Shown: one piece after another, positions 8,542 through 19,199 of the stretch | Layout of the letters: each line of letters opens with the position of its first letter | Numbering within the stretch: the stretch's first letter is position 1 | NCBI GenBank assembly: GCA_905479395.1 | Contig: CAJQMI010000033.1 | Location: forward strand, 2,318 to 66,317 | Reading direction: 5' to 3' | Source: an uncultured Flavobacteriales bacterium | Lineage (GTDB): Bacteria; Bacteroidota; Bacteroidia; Flavobacteriales_D; Sanyastnellaceae | Length of the DNA stretch: 64,000 bases | The notes under the pieces: generated by a model | Database searches by the model: none | What the model was told of the DNA's origin: nothing | What the model saw: the letters and a program-made list of their open reading frames with translations, nothing else | Made by a program: the position numbers and the translations under genes

Positions 8542-9942
8542 ATGGCACAAATCAAGTCCTCCATCCCCTCTGAACACATGGCCGTCATTGGTGCAGGCCT
8601 GGTCGGAAGTCTTTGGGCACTGATGTTGGCCCAGCGTGGTCATCGTGTGGACATTTACGAACGACGACCAGATCCAAGAGTAGGTTCATACAAGGGTGGA
8701 AGGAGCATCAACCTTGCGCTCAGCAACCGAGGGTGGCGTGCGTTGGAAAAAGCGGGGATTGCGGAAGAAGTGCGAAAAATCGCACTGCCCATTACCCATC
8801 GGACCATGCATGCCACAGATGGAGCATTGACGAGACAGCCTTATGGACTTCCCAATGAGAAAGGATTGTTCGACGATCCCCAATGCATTTATTCCGTTTC
8901 CCGAGGATTGCTCAACAAACTGCTCGTGGAAAAAAGCGAAGCACACCGTGATGTGGCCTACCACTTTGGTCAACAATGCGAAGACGTTGATTTGGAGCAA
9001 GCGCGCGTGACCCTGCGCAACCGTGATGGTCAACAAAACGAGCAAAAATTCGACCGGGTATTTGGAACCGATGGTGCGTTCAGTGCTGTCCGACAAAAAA
9101 TGACCCGCACCGATCGATTCGACTTTGAACAGCGCTATTTGACACATGGTTACAAGGAAATCGAGATGAGGCCTATGGCCAACGGCGACTTCAAAATGGA
9201 ATCAGACGCCTTGCACATTTGGCCCCGTGGTGAATTCATGCTCATGGCCCTCCCCAATCCAGATGGAACCTTTACATGCACTGTATTTGCTCCATACGAT
9301 GGGGAAAATGGATTGAACAATTTGGAGGACGAAGTTCGCGTGCGCAAATACTTTGAATCGCACTTTGCAGATGTCATTCCACTGGTACCTGATTATGCAG
9401 ATCAATGGCTAGCCAATCCGACCAGCTCACTTGTCATGACCCGTTGCAACCCTTGGCACAAGGGGGAACGAATTTGCTTGATGGGAGACTCTGCACACGC
9501 TATTGTGCCCTTCTATGGTCAAGGAATGAACAGTGGAATGGAAGATTGTTCCGTCTTGAGTGAATTGATGGATGAAATGTCCGGCGCCTCCGACTGGAGC
9601 AATGTTTTGGAGCAGTACTCAGCAGCGAGGAAGCCTTCCGGAGACGCAATCCTCGAGCTCGCTCTCCGAAATTACATCGAGATGCGCGACAAGACTGGAG
9701 ACCCGCGTTTCCTTTTACGTAAAAAAATCGAAGCGCAAATGGCCGTCCACTACCCGGGGAGATGGTTGCCACTGTACTCACAAGTTACTTTCAGCCACAC
9801 CCCTTATGAACAGGCGCTGGCAGCAGGAAAACGGCAAGATGACATCATGGAGTCCATTTTGGATCGGCCTGGACTATCTGAAAATTGGAATACGCCTGCA
9901 CTCTTTGAGGAAATCATCCAACGCTGGGAAACCACAGCATGA
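8542..9942 (+). CDS. kmo: FAD-dependent kynurenine 3-monooxygenase
   Basis: FAD dinucleotide motif VIGAGLVGS, then RSINLALSNRG, then GDSAHAIVPFYGQGMNSGMED. About 466 aa and colinear with bacterial KMO as recalled. Confidence 0.85.
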   Translation: MAQIKSSIPSEHMAVIGAGLVGSLWALMLAQRGHRVDIYERRPDPRVGSYKGGRSINLALSNRGWRALEKAGIAEEVRKIALPITHRTMHATDGALTRQPYGLPNEKGLFDDPQCIYSVSRGLLNKLLVEKSEAHRDVAYHFGQQCEDVDLEQARVTLRNRDGQQNEQKFDRVFGTDGAFSAVRQKMTRTDRFDFEQRYLTHGYKEIEMRPMANGDFKMESDALHIWPRGEFMLMALPNPDGTFTCTVFAPYDGENGLNNLEDEVRVRKYFESHFADVIPLVPDYADQWLANPTSSLVMTRCNPWHKGERICLMGDSAHAIVPFYGQGMNSGMEDCSVLSELMDEMSGASDWSNVLEQYSAARKPSGDAILELALRNYIEMRDKTGDPRFLLRKKIEAQMAVHYPGRWLPLYSQVTFSHTPYEQALAAGKRQDDIMESILDRPGLSENWNTPALFEEIIQRWETTA

Positions 9943-10847
9943 ACAAAATCGGTCCTTTCCGGAATAAATTCGGGGCGATTGGGGCGCTTTTGATAGCATT
10001 CCTTGGCCTGACACATCAAGCCTGTGCGCAATCTAACCAGCTCTTTGATGCACAACGCAACCAATTTCGAGGCAATGGATTGACCCTTGGGGCCGGCGTC
10101 CATTGGCTTCATCCCAATCCACAAGAAGCGGTTTCGGTGCTCACAGTCGTCAACGAACTTGACCAAATTGACACCCTTCACACTGGACGATGGGATCACC
10201 AAGGCTCCATGGGTTTAAGGTTAGGCGTGGGATTTTGGCACGTGGCCAAACGCCCCATTCTCTGGGACCGTGTTAGCATTCAATTGGAAGGAAGCAAACA
10301 CCAAGCGACTTCTATTTTTACAGGAGCCATAGCTGACTCCGTCGGTGTTTTGGTTTCTGACACATCATCGGATTTCAGCGCAGCCGGCATCGTCTCCGAA
10401 CTCACCCTTCGCTTTCATCGCGCCATTGAAATAAAGCCTGATTTCTTTTTGGAGGCACAGATGGGAATAGGATGGGATGCCGAGTGGGCCGTTGATTTCG
10501 AGCGAACTGGACCTGTAAATCGTTTTGTGGACCGGCCTGAACCCGCTCGCCACCGATTGGCCTTGGAGTTGGGTCTTGGAGTTGGAGTGAGAACCCGAGC
10601 AGGTCGCTACTTGCGCATCATTGCCCAGACTGACGCCCTGCAACTAATGCCACTGGCAAGTGATGGCGGAGGACGCATTGACCGCTACGAAGGCACTTTT
10701 AAATCTGCACATCTGACCCTTCAATGGGATTTTCTCCGTGACAAACCCGACATCTCTTGCGCGGGGAAAAATTTAGGCAACGAAGCGATGCCTCTGTTCA
10801 ATCCTGCCATGCAGCGGAAAATGAAAAAGACGCGCCGCAAGGGCTGA
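9939..10847 (+). CDS. hypothetical secreted protein, beta-barrel-like, with basic C-terminal tail
   Basis: ATG overlaps the kmo stop (ATGA). Signal peptide GAIGALLIAFLGLTHQACAQ. Alternating hydrophobic strands (LALELGLGVGVRT, YLRIIAQTD, AHLTLQWDF). No family recognised. Confidence 0.5.
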   Translation: MNKIGPFRNKFGAIGALLIAFLGLTHQACAQSNQLFDAQRNQFRGNGLTLGAGVHWLHPNPQEAVSVLTVVNELDQIDTLHTGRWDHQGSMGLRLGVGFWHVAKRPILWDRVSIQLEGSKHQATSIFTGAIADSVGVLVSDTSSDFSAAGIVSELTLRFHRAIEIKPDFFLEAQMGIGWDAEWAVDFERTGPVNRFVDRPEPARHRLALELGLGVGVRTRAGRYLRIIAQTDALQLMPLASDGGGRIDRYEGTFKSAHLTLQWDFLRDKPDISCAGKNLGNEAMPLFNPAMQRKMKKTRRKG

Positions 10848-10854
10848 ACCAATC

Positions 10855-11262
10855 TTATTCGGATCGTTCAGCACACAGTTCCACCAAGACTTTGGATGAG
10901 TCTGCGGGGTGCAAGAATGCAATTACTTTCTGATCAGCACCCTCTTTTGGTCCGCTCACCAACCGATAGCCGAGCGATTTAAGCCGTTGAATTTCATCAT
11001 TCAAATCATCCACTGCAAAGGCAAGGTGGTGCAAACCTTCTCCCCGTTTCTCAATGTGTTTTGCAATCGGACCATCAGCAGAGGTAGACTGCAACAACTC
11101 CACTTTGCTCTCCCCAGTTTGAAAAAAACTCACGTTCACAGATTCCGAAGGCACACTTTCGCGCTTGAAGGCTGGTTTCCCGAGAATGTCCTCGAAAATG
11201 CGCTCTGCCGACTCCAAGTCTCTGACGGCAATGCCGATGTGTTCGATTCGTTTCATAATCAT
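10855..11262 (-). CDS. mce: methylmalonyl-CoA epimerase (VOC/glyoxalase fold)
   Basis: IEHIGIAVRDLESAE...KVELLQ...GPIAKHIEKRGEGLHHLAF...FLHP...VLVELC. The ORF-track start is TTG 11277; ATG 11262 or 11256 is preferred. Confidence 0.85.
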   Translation of the reverse strand: MIMKRIEHIGIAVRDLESAERIFEDILGKPAFKRESVPSESVNVSFFQTGESKVELLQSTSADGPIAKHIEKRGEGLHHLAFAVDDLNDEIQRLKSLGYRLVSGPKEGADQKVIAFLHPADSSKVLVELCAERSE

Positions 11263-11319
11263 TCGCGTGTGTTTCAAATGTACAGCATGATTTGAGCGCT
11301 GCTGTCCTAAATTCGCCGC

Positions 11320-12123
11320 ATGTCAAATGAACACAACGAATGGATGCCACTCAATCTGTCGGGAAAAACCGCGGTGGTGTGTGGTTCAACGCAGGGCATC
11401 GGCTGGGCTGCGGCTTCGCATCTTGCGGGATTGGGCGCGCGAATCGTCCTGCTTGCGCGCAATGAGCAGAGGCTCAAAGAAGCGCATGCCAAGCTTCCAG
11501 GAAACATCGATCACGGATTCGCGGTAGCTGATTTTAGCAAGCCGTCGAACGTTCAAGAAGCCATCAAGAGAATTGTAGAAAAAGAACCCATTCACATCCT
11601 CGTCAACAACACGGGAGGTCCCGCTGGAGGTCCTATCGTCGATGCTGAAATTGACGCCTTCCGAAATACCTTTGAACAGCACCTCGTCTGCAATCAAATC
11701 TTGGCTCAAGCTGTGCTACCCGGCATGAAATCTGCTGGGTACGGAAGGATCATCAATGTCATCAGCACGAGCGTGAAACAACCACTGCCAAATTTGGGCG
11801 TGAGCAACACCATCCGGGGCGCTGTTGCCAGTTGGGCGAAAACATGGGCGAATGAAGTGGGGGTTCACGGAATAACGGTGAATAACGTCCTTCCTGGCGC
11901 TACCAACACCGCTCGACTGGATCAAATCATTGAGAACAAATCAACCAAGACAAATACCTCTTCTGCAGAAATTCGACAGCAAATGGCGAATGCTGTGCCC
12001 ATGAAACGCACTGGAAATCCCGAAGAAGTGGGTCGCGCCATCGCCTTTTTAGCCTCTCCCTCAGCGAGTTACATATCAGGGGTGAATTTACCTGTAGATG
12101 GAGGCCGAACTTCTTCCTTGTGA
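11320..12123 (+). CDS. SDR-family oxidoreductase (atypical, no canonical YxxxK seen)
   Basis: Rossmann motif GKTAVVCGSTQGIGWA, then NNTGG, then NNVLPGATNT. The position of the expected YxxxK reads SNTIRGAV. Confidence 0.8.
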   Translation: MSNEHNEWMPLNLSGKTAVVCGSTQGIGWAAASHLAGLGARIVLLARNEQRLKEAHAKLPGNIDHGFAVADFSKPSNVQEAIKRIVEKEPIHILVNNTGGPAGGPIVDAEIDAFRNTFEQHLVCNQILAQAVLPGMKSAGYGRIINVISTSVKQPLPNLGVSNTIRGAVASWAKTWANEVGVHGITVNNVLPGATNTARLDQIIENKSTKTNTSSAEIRQQMANAVPMKRTGNPEEVGRAIAFLASPSASYISGVNLPVDGGRTSSL

Positions 12124-13515
<1,392 letters not shown>

Positions 13516-13546
13516 TCGACACCCGATAAGGCGTTATCTTTGACGC

Positions 13547-13999
13547 ATGATTACCGGATTCCAACACCTGCACAGCGCAATGCGCTGGGTTGTACTCGCC
13601 CTTATTGTCGTTACCATCTTTAAAGCTTGGTCAGCCAAACGCAACGGAAGCGGATTTTCCGCTGGTCAAGCAAAACTTGGCTTGTTCTCCATGATCAGCC
13701 TCCATGTGCAATTGCTTCTGGGACTTGCACTTTACTTCATGAAAGGATGGGCTGGCCTGTTGGGATCACCGGGAGTGATGTCGTCCACGGTCATGCGATT
13801 TTTTACCGTTGAACACTTGGTTGGCATGCTCATAGCCATTCTATTCGGCACTTTGGGACACAGCCTTGTGAAGCGAGCCAATACGGACGAGTTGAAGAAT
13901 CAGCGGCAATTGCGTTACTTTCTCCTTGCCTTCGTGGTAATCATCGCCAGCATCCCTTGGCCGATTCGACCAGGTTTTGAAGCTTATGGTTGGTTCTAA
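13547..13999 (+). CDS. small His-containing 4-TM membrane protein (family often annotated cytochrome b-like; function unknown)
   Basis: 150 aa with four hydrophobic helices. Conserved-looking His residues at HLHSAMRW, SLHVQLLLG, TVEHLVG and TLGHS. Confidence 0.5.
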   Translation: MITGFQHLHSAMRWVVLALIVVTIFKAWSAKRNGSGFSAGQAKLGLFSMISLHVQLLLGLALYFMKGWAGLLGSPGVMSSTVMRFFTVEHLVGMLIAILFGTLGHSLVKRANTDELKNQRQLRYFLLAFVVIIASIPWPIRPGFEAYGWF

Positions 14000-14018
14000 A
14001 TTGGATGATTTCGGAACA

Positions 14019-14357
14019 TTGAAGCGCACTCGCCTGCTTGTGGGCGTTTTGTCCATCTTGATGCTGACCCAATGTGGCTCGAGCGAACCTCCTTCGGAAC
14101 AGAATTCCAAAGCGACCAATCAGCCCTCATTTGCAGCGATCAAGCGAGCCTACACCATGAAATGTTCGCTTTGCCATGGGAACGACGGCAAACTCATGGC
14201 CTCCAAGGCACCCGATCTCAGCGAATCAAAAATGAGCCTGGAAGAACGTGTTGCAATCATCTCGTACGGAAAAGGAACGATGCCTCCTCAGAAAGGCATA
14301 CTCGATGCCGCAACCATACGCGGTGTAGCGGCTTATATTGAAGAATTCAGGGACTGA
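14019..14357 (+). CDS. monoheme c-type cytochrome, probable lipoprotein
   Basis: Heme motif CSLCH and distal ligand context GTMPPQ. A TTG start at 14019 gives a clean signal peptide, MKRTRLLVGVLSILMLTQC. ATG 13986 and TTG 13977 are alternatives that overlap the upstream gene. Confidence 0.75.
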   Translation: MKRTRLLVGVLSILMLTQCGSSEPPSEQNSKATNQPSFAAIKRAYTMKCSLCHGNDGKLMASKAPDLSESKMSLEERVAIISYGKGTMPPQKGILDAATIRGVAAYIEEFRD

Positions 14358-14364
14358 CTCGATC

Positions 14365-15546
14365 ATGCTAGACAAAAAGAAATCGCACTCCACTGCTCCG
14401 GAACCCGAAACGTGCATCTTGATTGGGTTGATCACAGGAAGAGAATCGCGGGACACGGTTGAGGAACACCTCGAGGAATTGGCGTTTTTAGCCACCACTG
14501 CTGAAGCAACTTCTCTTAGAACCTTTGTTCAAGGGTTGGATCGGCCCGATACACGGACTTTCGTGGGCAGCGGAAAACTCCAAGAAATCAAAGAATTCGT
14601 TGAAGACAAGGACGTAGACATGCTCATTTTTGACGATGAGCTGAGTCCAACGCAATTGAGAAACATCGAGCGTGAAATCCCCGAACGAAAAATCCTCGAT
14701 CGGCCGAATCTAATCCTGGACATTTTTGCCCAGCGAGCGAGAACCGCCCATGCCAAAACACAGGTAGAGTTGGCCCAATACCAATACCTTTTGCCACGGC
14801 TGACCAACATGTGGACGCACTTGCAAAAGCAAAAAGGTGGAATCGGTATGAAAGGCCCTGGCGAAAAGGAAATTGAAACGGACCGCAGAATCATTCGAGA
14901 CCGTATCTCACACCTCAAAAAGGAGTTGAAGTCCATCGATAAGCAGATGTCCACTCAACGTGGAAATCGAGGCGCTTTGGTGCGCGTGGCCCTTGTCGGT
15001 TATACCAATGCCGGGAAAAGCACTTTGATGACCTTGATCTCAAAGAGCAAGGTTTTCGCCGAAGACAAGCTGTTTGCAACGCTCGATACAACGGTCAGAA
15101 AAGTGGTCCTTCAAAATCTCCCTTTCCTGCTCAGTGATACCGTCGGATTCATCCGAAAACTACCTCATCAACTGATCGAAAGCTTCAAGTCCACACTGGA
15201 CGAGACAAGGGAGAGTGACTTGCTACTGCACGTCATCGATGTGAGCCACCCGCAGTTCGAAGAACACCTCACCATCGTTGAAAGCACCTTGGCTGAAATT
15301 GGCAGCGATGACAAACCTTCGATGATTGTCTTCAATAAAATTGATCGGTTGGAAGAGGATCCGTTTGGCCCCACCCGCGAAGATCAAATCGCAGGATTGA
15401 GGGAACGCTTCGAAAGCGTTGATCGCGATGTGATGTTTATTTCAGCGGTTCAAAAGACCGGACTCGACGAATTGCGCCATAAAGTATTCGAAGCCGTCAA
15501 AGAGATTCACATCAAACGATACCCGTATCACAACTTTCTTTATTGA
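14365..15546 (+). CDS. hflX: GTPase HflX
   Basis: HflX N-domain (FVGSGKLQEI, LIFDDELSPTQLRNIE). G1 GYTNAGKST, G3 DTVGF, G4 NKID. Trimmed to ATG 14365. Confidence 0.95.
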   Translation: MLDKKKSHSTAPEPETCILIGLITGRESRDTVEEHLEELAFLATTAEATSLRTFVQGLDRPDTRTFVGSGKLQEIKEFVEDKDVDMLIFDDELSPTQLRNIEREIPERKILDRPNLILDIFAQRARTAHAKTQVELAQYQYLLPRLTNMWTHLQKQKGGIGMKGPGEKEIETDRRIIRDRISHLKKELKSIDKQMSTQRGNRGALVRVALVGYTNAGKSTLMTLISKSKVFAEDKLFATLDTTVRKVVLQNLPFLLSDTVGFIRKLPHQLIESFKSTLDETRESDLLLHVIDVSHPQFEEHLTIVESTLAEIGSDDKPSMIVFNKIDRLEEDPFGPTREDQIAGLRERFESVDRDVMFISAVQKTGLDELRHKVFEAVKEIHIKRYPYHNFLY

Positions 15547-15595
15547 ATGCGATCATGCAGGGTGGGAGTTGCTCTGAGTTTGCGACATTTGCACC

Positions 15596-15934
15596 ATGGC
15601 AGCCATCCGACAAGAAAAAGTAGCCGAACTGATTCGGCGAGATTTGAGTGTTTTGTTTCAGCAAAATAGCAGTTCTTGGTTTGCAGGAATGTTCATATCC
15701 GTGACGCAAGTTCGGATGTCACCCGACTTAGGTTTAGCCAAAGTCTACCTTAGTTTCATGGCGGTGCCTGACAAAAAAGTAGCTTTAGAAGCTGTAAGAC
15801 AAGAGGGATGGCGGGTGCGAAAAGCCTTGAGTGATAAAATTGGGAAGCAAGTCCGTGTCATTCCTGAGCTCAATTTCTATCTGGATGACAGCATTGATTA
15901 TTACGAGTCAATCAACAATGCGCTGAACCAATAA
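15596..15934 (+). CDS. rbfA: ribosome-binding factor A
   Basis: 112 aa. IRQEKVAELIRRDLS...ISVTQVRMSPDLGLAKVYLS is typical of RbfA. Confidence 0.9.
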   Translation: MAAIRQEKVAELIRRDLSVLFQQNSSSWFAGMFISVTQVRMSPDLGLAKVYLSFMAVPDKKVALEAVRQEGWRVRKALSDKIGKQVRVIPELNFYLDDSIDYYESINNALNQ

Positions 15935-15942
15935 AGCCCGAC

Positions 15943-17187
15943 GTGAAACTTCCACTACGTCTCGCATGGCGCTATGCCTCGGCACGTCGGTCCAAGAGCC
16001 TGACCCACCTCATATCAGGCATCTCAATGTTTGTCATCGCCGCGGTGACAGCGGCAATGATTGCAATCCTGAGCGCTTTCAATGGAATTGAGGAGGTCGT
16101 ATCCGACTTATTTGGCACGCTTGACGCACCAGTCGCCGTTGTTCCCCTCACGGGCTCTTCACTCCCTGAGAATGCGGGAGTTTGGCTTGAAAAATCATTC
16201 GGCCCAGACTCTGAAAACCCTGTGATTTTTGCCGCAGCACCGGTCATTGAAGGGGAGGCCATTGTGTCTTGGGCGGGAAACCAACCCCATGTATGCGCAG
16301 TGTTGGCATTTGACTCCACATTGCTCAAGACCACACCCATCGCATCTGCCGTCCGTTCAGGTGATTGGAATCATGACTGGAACCAGTCGCCTGCCTGTTT
16401 GGTCTTGGGACTTGGCGTAAAAAACATCCTTGGATTAAATTCCATCCAAGACGAAGGACAACGCGCCTCACTCCTGCTTCGAGCACCCATTCCCGGAAAA
16501 AAACTTACACGCTACAAGGAAAAAGCCTTTCAGGCAGAACGCGCCTTTGCATGTGACGTATTCTCAATCAATGCCGAAATTGACCGCAAATACATCTTAG
16601 CACCTCTTGACTTTGCAAGGGAACTGTTTTCAAAAGATTCGACGGTCTCTCGTTACGAGTTGGGATTGGCACCTGGAGTCTCTGAAGATGTTGCTGCTCA
16701 TGCAATCCGTGATGGACTGACATCCGAAGGCCTCGACTGGACTGTGCGCACCCGTTCGGATAAAAACAAGCTTATCACGCAAACCAATCGTGCCGAAAAA
16801 TGGGCCACGTTTGTCATATTGAGTTTCATCCTCGTCGTTGCAGCTTTTAACGTCATGGCGTCGTTGACGATGATGCTGTTGGACAAACGACAGGACATGG
16901 AGGTCCTGAATGCAATGGGACTAACAGGCTGGAGGCTCGAACAGGTCTTTGCACTTCAGGGTGTAATGATCAACACCATTGGTGGTGTTTTCGGCGCAGC
17001 AACCGGAATCCTACTGGTGCTCGGTCAACAACATTTCGGTTGGGTCAAACTCCAAGGTTCTGTGATTCCGTCCTATCCCGTTTCACTGGAAATGCTGGAC
17101 GTCGCAGGCACACTCTCCATCGTCGTAATCATCGGCGGAATCGGGTCAGGATGGATGGTTCGCAACCTCGTCCACCGCTTCATTTAA
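15943..17187 (+). CDS. FtsX-like ABC transporter permease (LolC/E-like)
   Basis: 414 aa. N-terminal TM, large periplasmic loop and C-terminal 3-TM FtsX domain. GTG start. Follows rbfA, as is common in this phylum. Confidence 0.8.
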   Translation: MKLPLRLAWRYASARRSKSLTHLISGISMFVIAAVTAAMIAILSAFNGIEEVVSDLFGTLDAPVAVVPLTGSSLPENAGVWLEKSFGPDSENPVIFAAAPVIEGEAIVSWAGNQPHVCAVLAFDSTLLKTTPIASAVRSGDWNHDWNQSPACLVLGLGVKNILGLNSIQDEGQRASLLLRAPIPGKKLTRYKEKAFQAERAFACDVFSINAEIDRKYILAPLDFARELFSKDSTVSRYELGLAPGVSEDVAAHAIRDGLTSEGLDWTVRTRSDKNKLITQTNRAEKWATFVILSFILVVAAFNVMASLTMMLLDKRQDMEVLNAMGLTGWRLEQVFALQGVMINTIGGVFGAATGILLVLGQQHFGWVKLQGSVIPSYPVSLEMLDVAGTLSIVVIIGGIGSGWMVRNLVHRFI

Positions 17188-17207
17188 TCGATTCCTGAGC
17201 ACTAGAA

Positions 17208-18197
17208 TTAAACGGCTTTTTCAAACGGCATGGTTGCCAAGGTATCCAGTTTATCACGGATAGCGTCTACCTCATCCATGGTCACCAAGTCCAATCGGTG
17301 CGACTTGAAATCTTTTAGCCCTTTGAAGTAGTTGGCATAATGACGGCGCATTTCCACAATGCCCAGCCGCTCGCCTTTCCACGCGACACCCTTATCAAAA
17401 TGCTCCCGAGCCACCGCGACACGTTCTTGCATGTCAGGCGGATCGAGGATTTCGCCAGTGGCCATGTAATGTTTGATCTCACGGAAGACCCAAGGCGCGC
17501 CAATGCTCGCCCGTCCAATCATGATTCCGTCAATTCCGTAGCGTTCCTTGTACTCAACTGCCTTTTGAGGAGAGTTGATGTCGCCGTTTCCAAAGACGGG
17601 AATCTGCATCCGTGGATTGTTCTTGACCTCGGAAATTAGGCTCCAATCGGCCTCGCCTTTGTACATCTGTGCGCGTGTTCGGCCATGAATACTGATGGCT
17701 TTGATGCCGACGTCCTGGAGCCGCTCTGCTACCTCTACGATGAACTTGGATTGATCGTCCCAGCCAAGCCGTGTTTTGACGGTGACAGGAAGCGATGTGC
17801 TGTTGACGATTTCTTTGGTCATGGCCACCATCTTAGGAATATCCTGCAGGATGCCCGCTCCAGCTCCTTTGCATGCGACCTTTTTTACAGGGCAACCGTA
17901 ATTGATGTCAATGATATCCGGTTGCGCTTGCTCCGTAATGGCGGTTGCTTGGCGCATCGACTCGATTTCACTTCCAAAAATCTGGATGCCAACAGGACGC
18001 TCGTATTCGAAAATATCCAGCTTCGCTCGGCTTTTGGCTGCATCGCGGATCAATCCTTCTGAACTGATGAACTCCGTGTACATCAAATCCGCCCCGTATT
18101 TCTTGCACAAGGCACGAAACGGCGGGTCGCTCACATCTTCCATGGGCGCCAAAAGCAGAGGAAATTCTGCAATATCGATGTCTGCTATGCGGACCAT
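17208..18197 (-). CDS. dusB: tRNA-dihydrouridine synthase
   Basis: LLLAPMEDVSDPPFR, INYGCPVKKV (catalytic Cys), VKTRLGWD, IHGRT. Trimmed to ATG 18197. Confidence 0.9.
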   Translation of the reverse strand: MVRIADIDIAEFPLLLAPMEDVSDPPFRALCKKYGADLMYTEFISSEGLIRDAAKSRAKLDIFEYERPVGIQIFGSEIESMRQATAITEQAQPDIIDINYGCPVKKVACKGAGAGILQDIPKMVAMTKEIVNSTSLPVTVKTRLGWDDQSKFIVEVAERLQDVGIKAISIHGRTRAQMYKGEADWSLISEVKNNPRMQIPVFGNGDINSPQKAVEYKERYGIDGIMIGRASIGAPWVFREIKHYMATGEILDPPDMQERVAVAREHFDKGVAWKGERLGIVEMRRHYANYFKGLKDFKSHRLDLVTMDEVDAIRDKLDTLATMPFEKAV

Positions 18198-18272
18198 TTT
18201 ATCTTTCGGGTGGACAATTCCGCTCAATCCACGAACTTGCGGTTTGGAATTCTCCGACTGCAAAATTAAGCC

Positions 18273-19199
18273 ATGATCCGAACCGCCTTTCAAACGATGC
18301 ACCCTTTTGGGCAATTGATTTTCTTTTTTTGCATGGTGCTCGTAGGAATGGCCCTAGCCTCTGGAGGGGGATTTGCAGCTCTAGCCGCCCTTCAAGGACA
18401 TTCTGTGGAGCAAGCAATGGCCTTTGCGAACGATGCTGCGTCTGATGAAGGAAAGATCTACAACCTCATCATCAACGGCGTCAACCAGCTGGTCTCTTTT
18501 GGCCTCATGGCCTGGATCGCTCAAAAGTTGTTTGCAGGCAGAACATTTCTGAATCTGCGGGCTCCAAAGCCAGGGTGGTGGCTTTGCGCTTTTGCTATGG
18601 CTTGGGCTGTTCAACCGTTGATTGATCTGACGTTTCGAGCCAACGGACTGTTGCTCGAGTTTATGCCCGAAACCCTTGCTGAATCAATCAATCACTATGA
18701 GGCGGTAGCGGCTCAAGTCACCGCATCATTGCTCACTTTTGATGCCGCTTGGCAATTCCCAGCAACGATCATTACTGTGGCCTTGCTCCCCGCAATCTGC
18801 GAAGAATTCGCCTTTCGCGGAATCATTCAACCGCTCACTGCACGTTGGACCAACAACATCCATGCAGGCGTCTGGATGGGGGCTTTTTTATTCAGTGCCA
18901 TTCATCTGCAATTCCACGGATTTTTGCCACGGATGATCATTGGAGCGGGACTTGGATACCTCGTCGTCTACAGCGGAAGCCTCTGGCCGGCTATTGCAGC
19001 GCACTTCTTCAACAATGCCGGAGCCATCGTGATGGCCGCGGTTTACGGAGAAGCGTTCATCCAAGAAGAGATGAATGCAAGTGGCACTTGGGAATTGGGT
19101 GATTACGCCTTTGCTGCCGTGGCATTGGCCATTGGCATCTATGGAATCCGCTGGATTCGAAGCCACTCACAATGGCCTGAAAAACACCCTACTTGTTAA
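18273..19199 (+). CDS. CPBP-family intramembrane glutamic endopeptidase (CAAX protease-like)
   Basis: Motifs CEEFAFRG (EExxxR), FSAIH and AAHFFNN in a polytopic membrane protein. ATG 18297 is an alternative start. Confidence 0.85.
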   Translation: MIRTAFQTMHPFGQLIFFFCMVLVGMALASGGGFAALAALQGHSVEQAMAFANDAASDEGKIYNLIINGVNQLVSFGLMAWIAQKLFAGRTFLNLRAPKPGWWLCAFAMAWAVQPLIDLTFRANGLLLEFMPETLAESINHYEAVAAQVTASLLTFDAAWQFPATIITVALLPAICEEFAFRGIIQPLTARWTNNIHAGVWMGAFLFSAIHLQFHGFLPRMIIGAGLGYLVVYSGSLWPAIAAHFFNNAGAIVMAAVYGEAFIQEEMNASGTWELGDYAFAAVALAIGIYGIRWIRSHSQWPEKHPTC

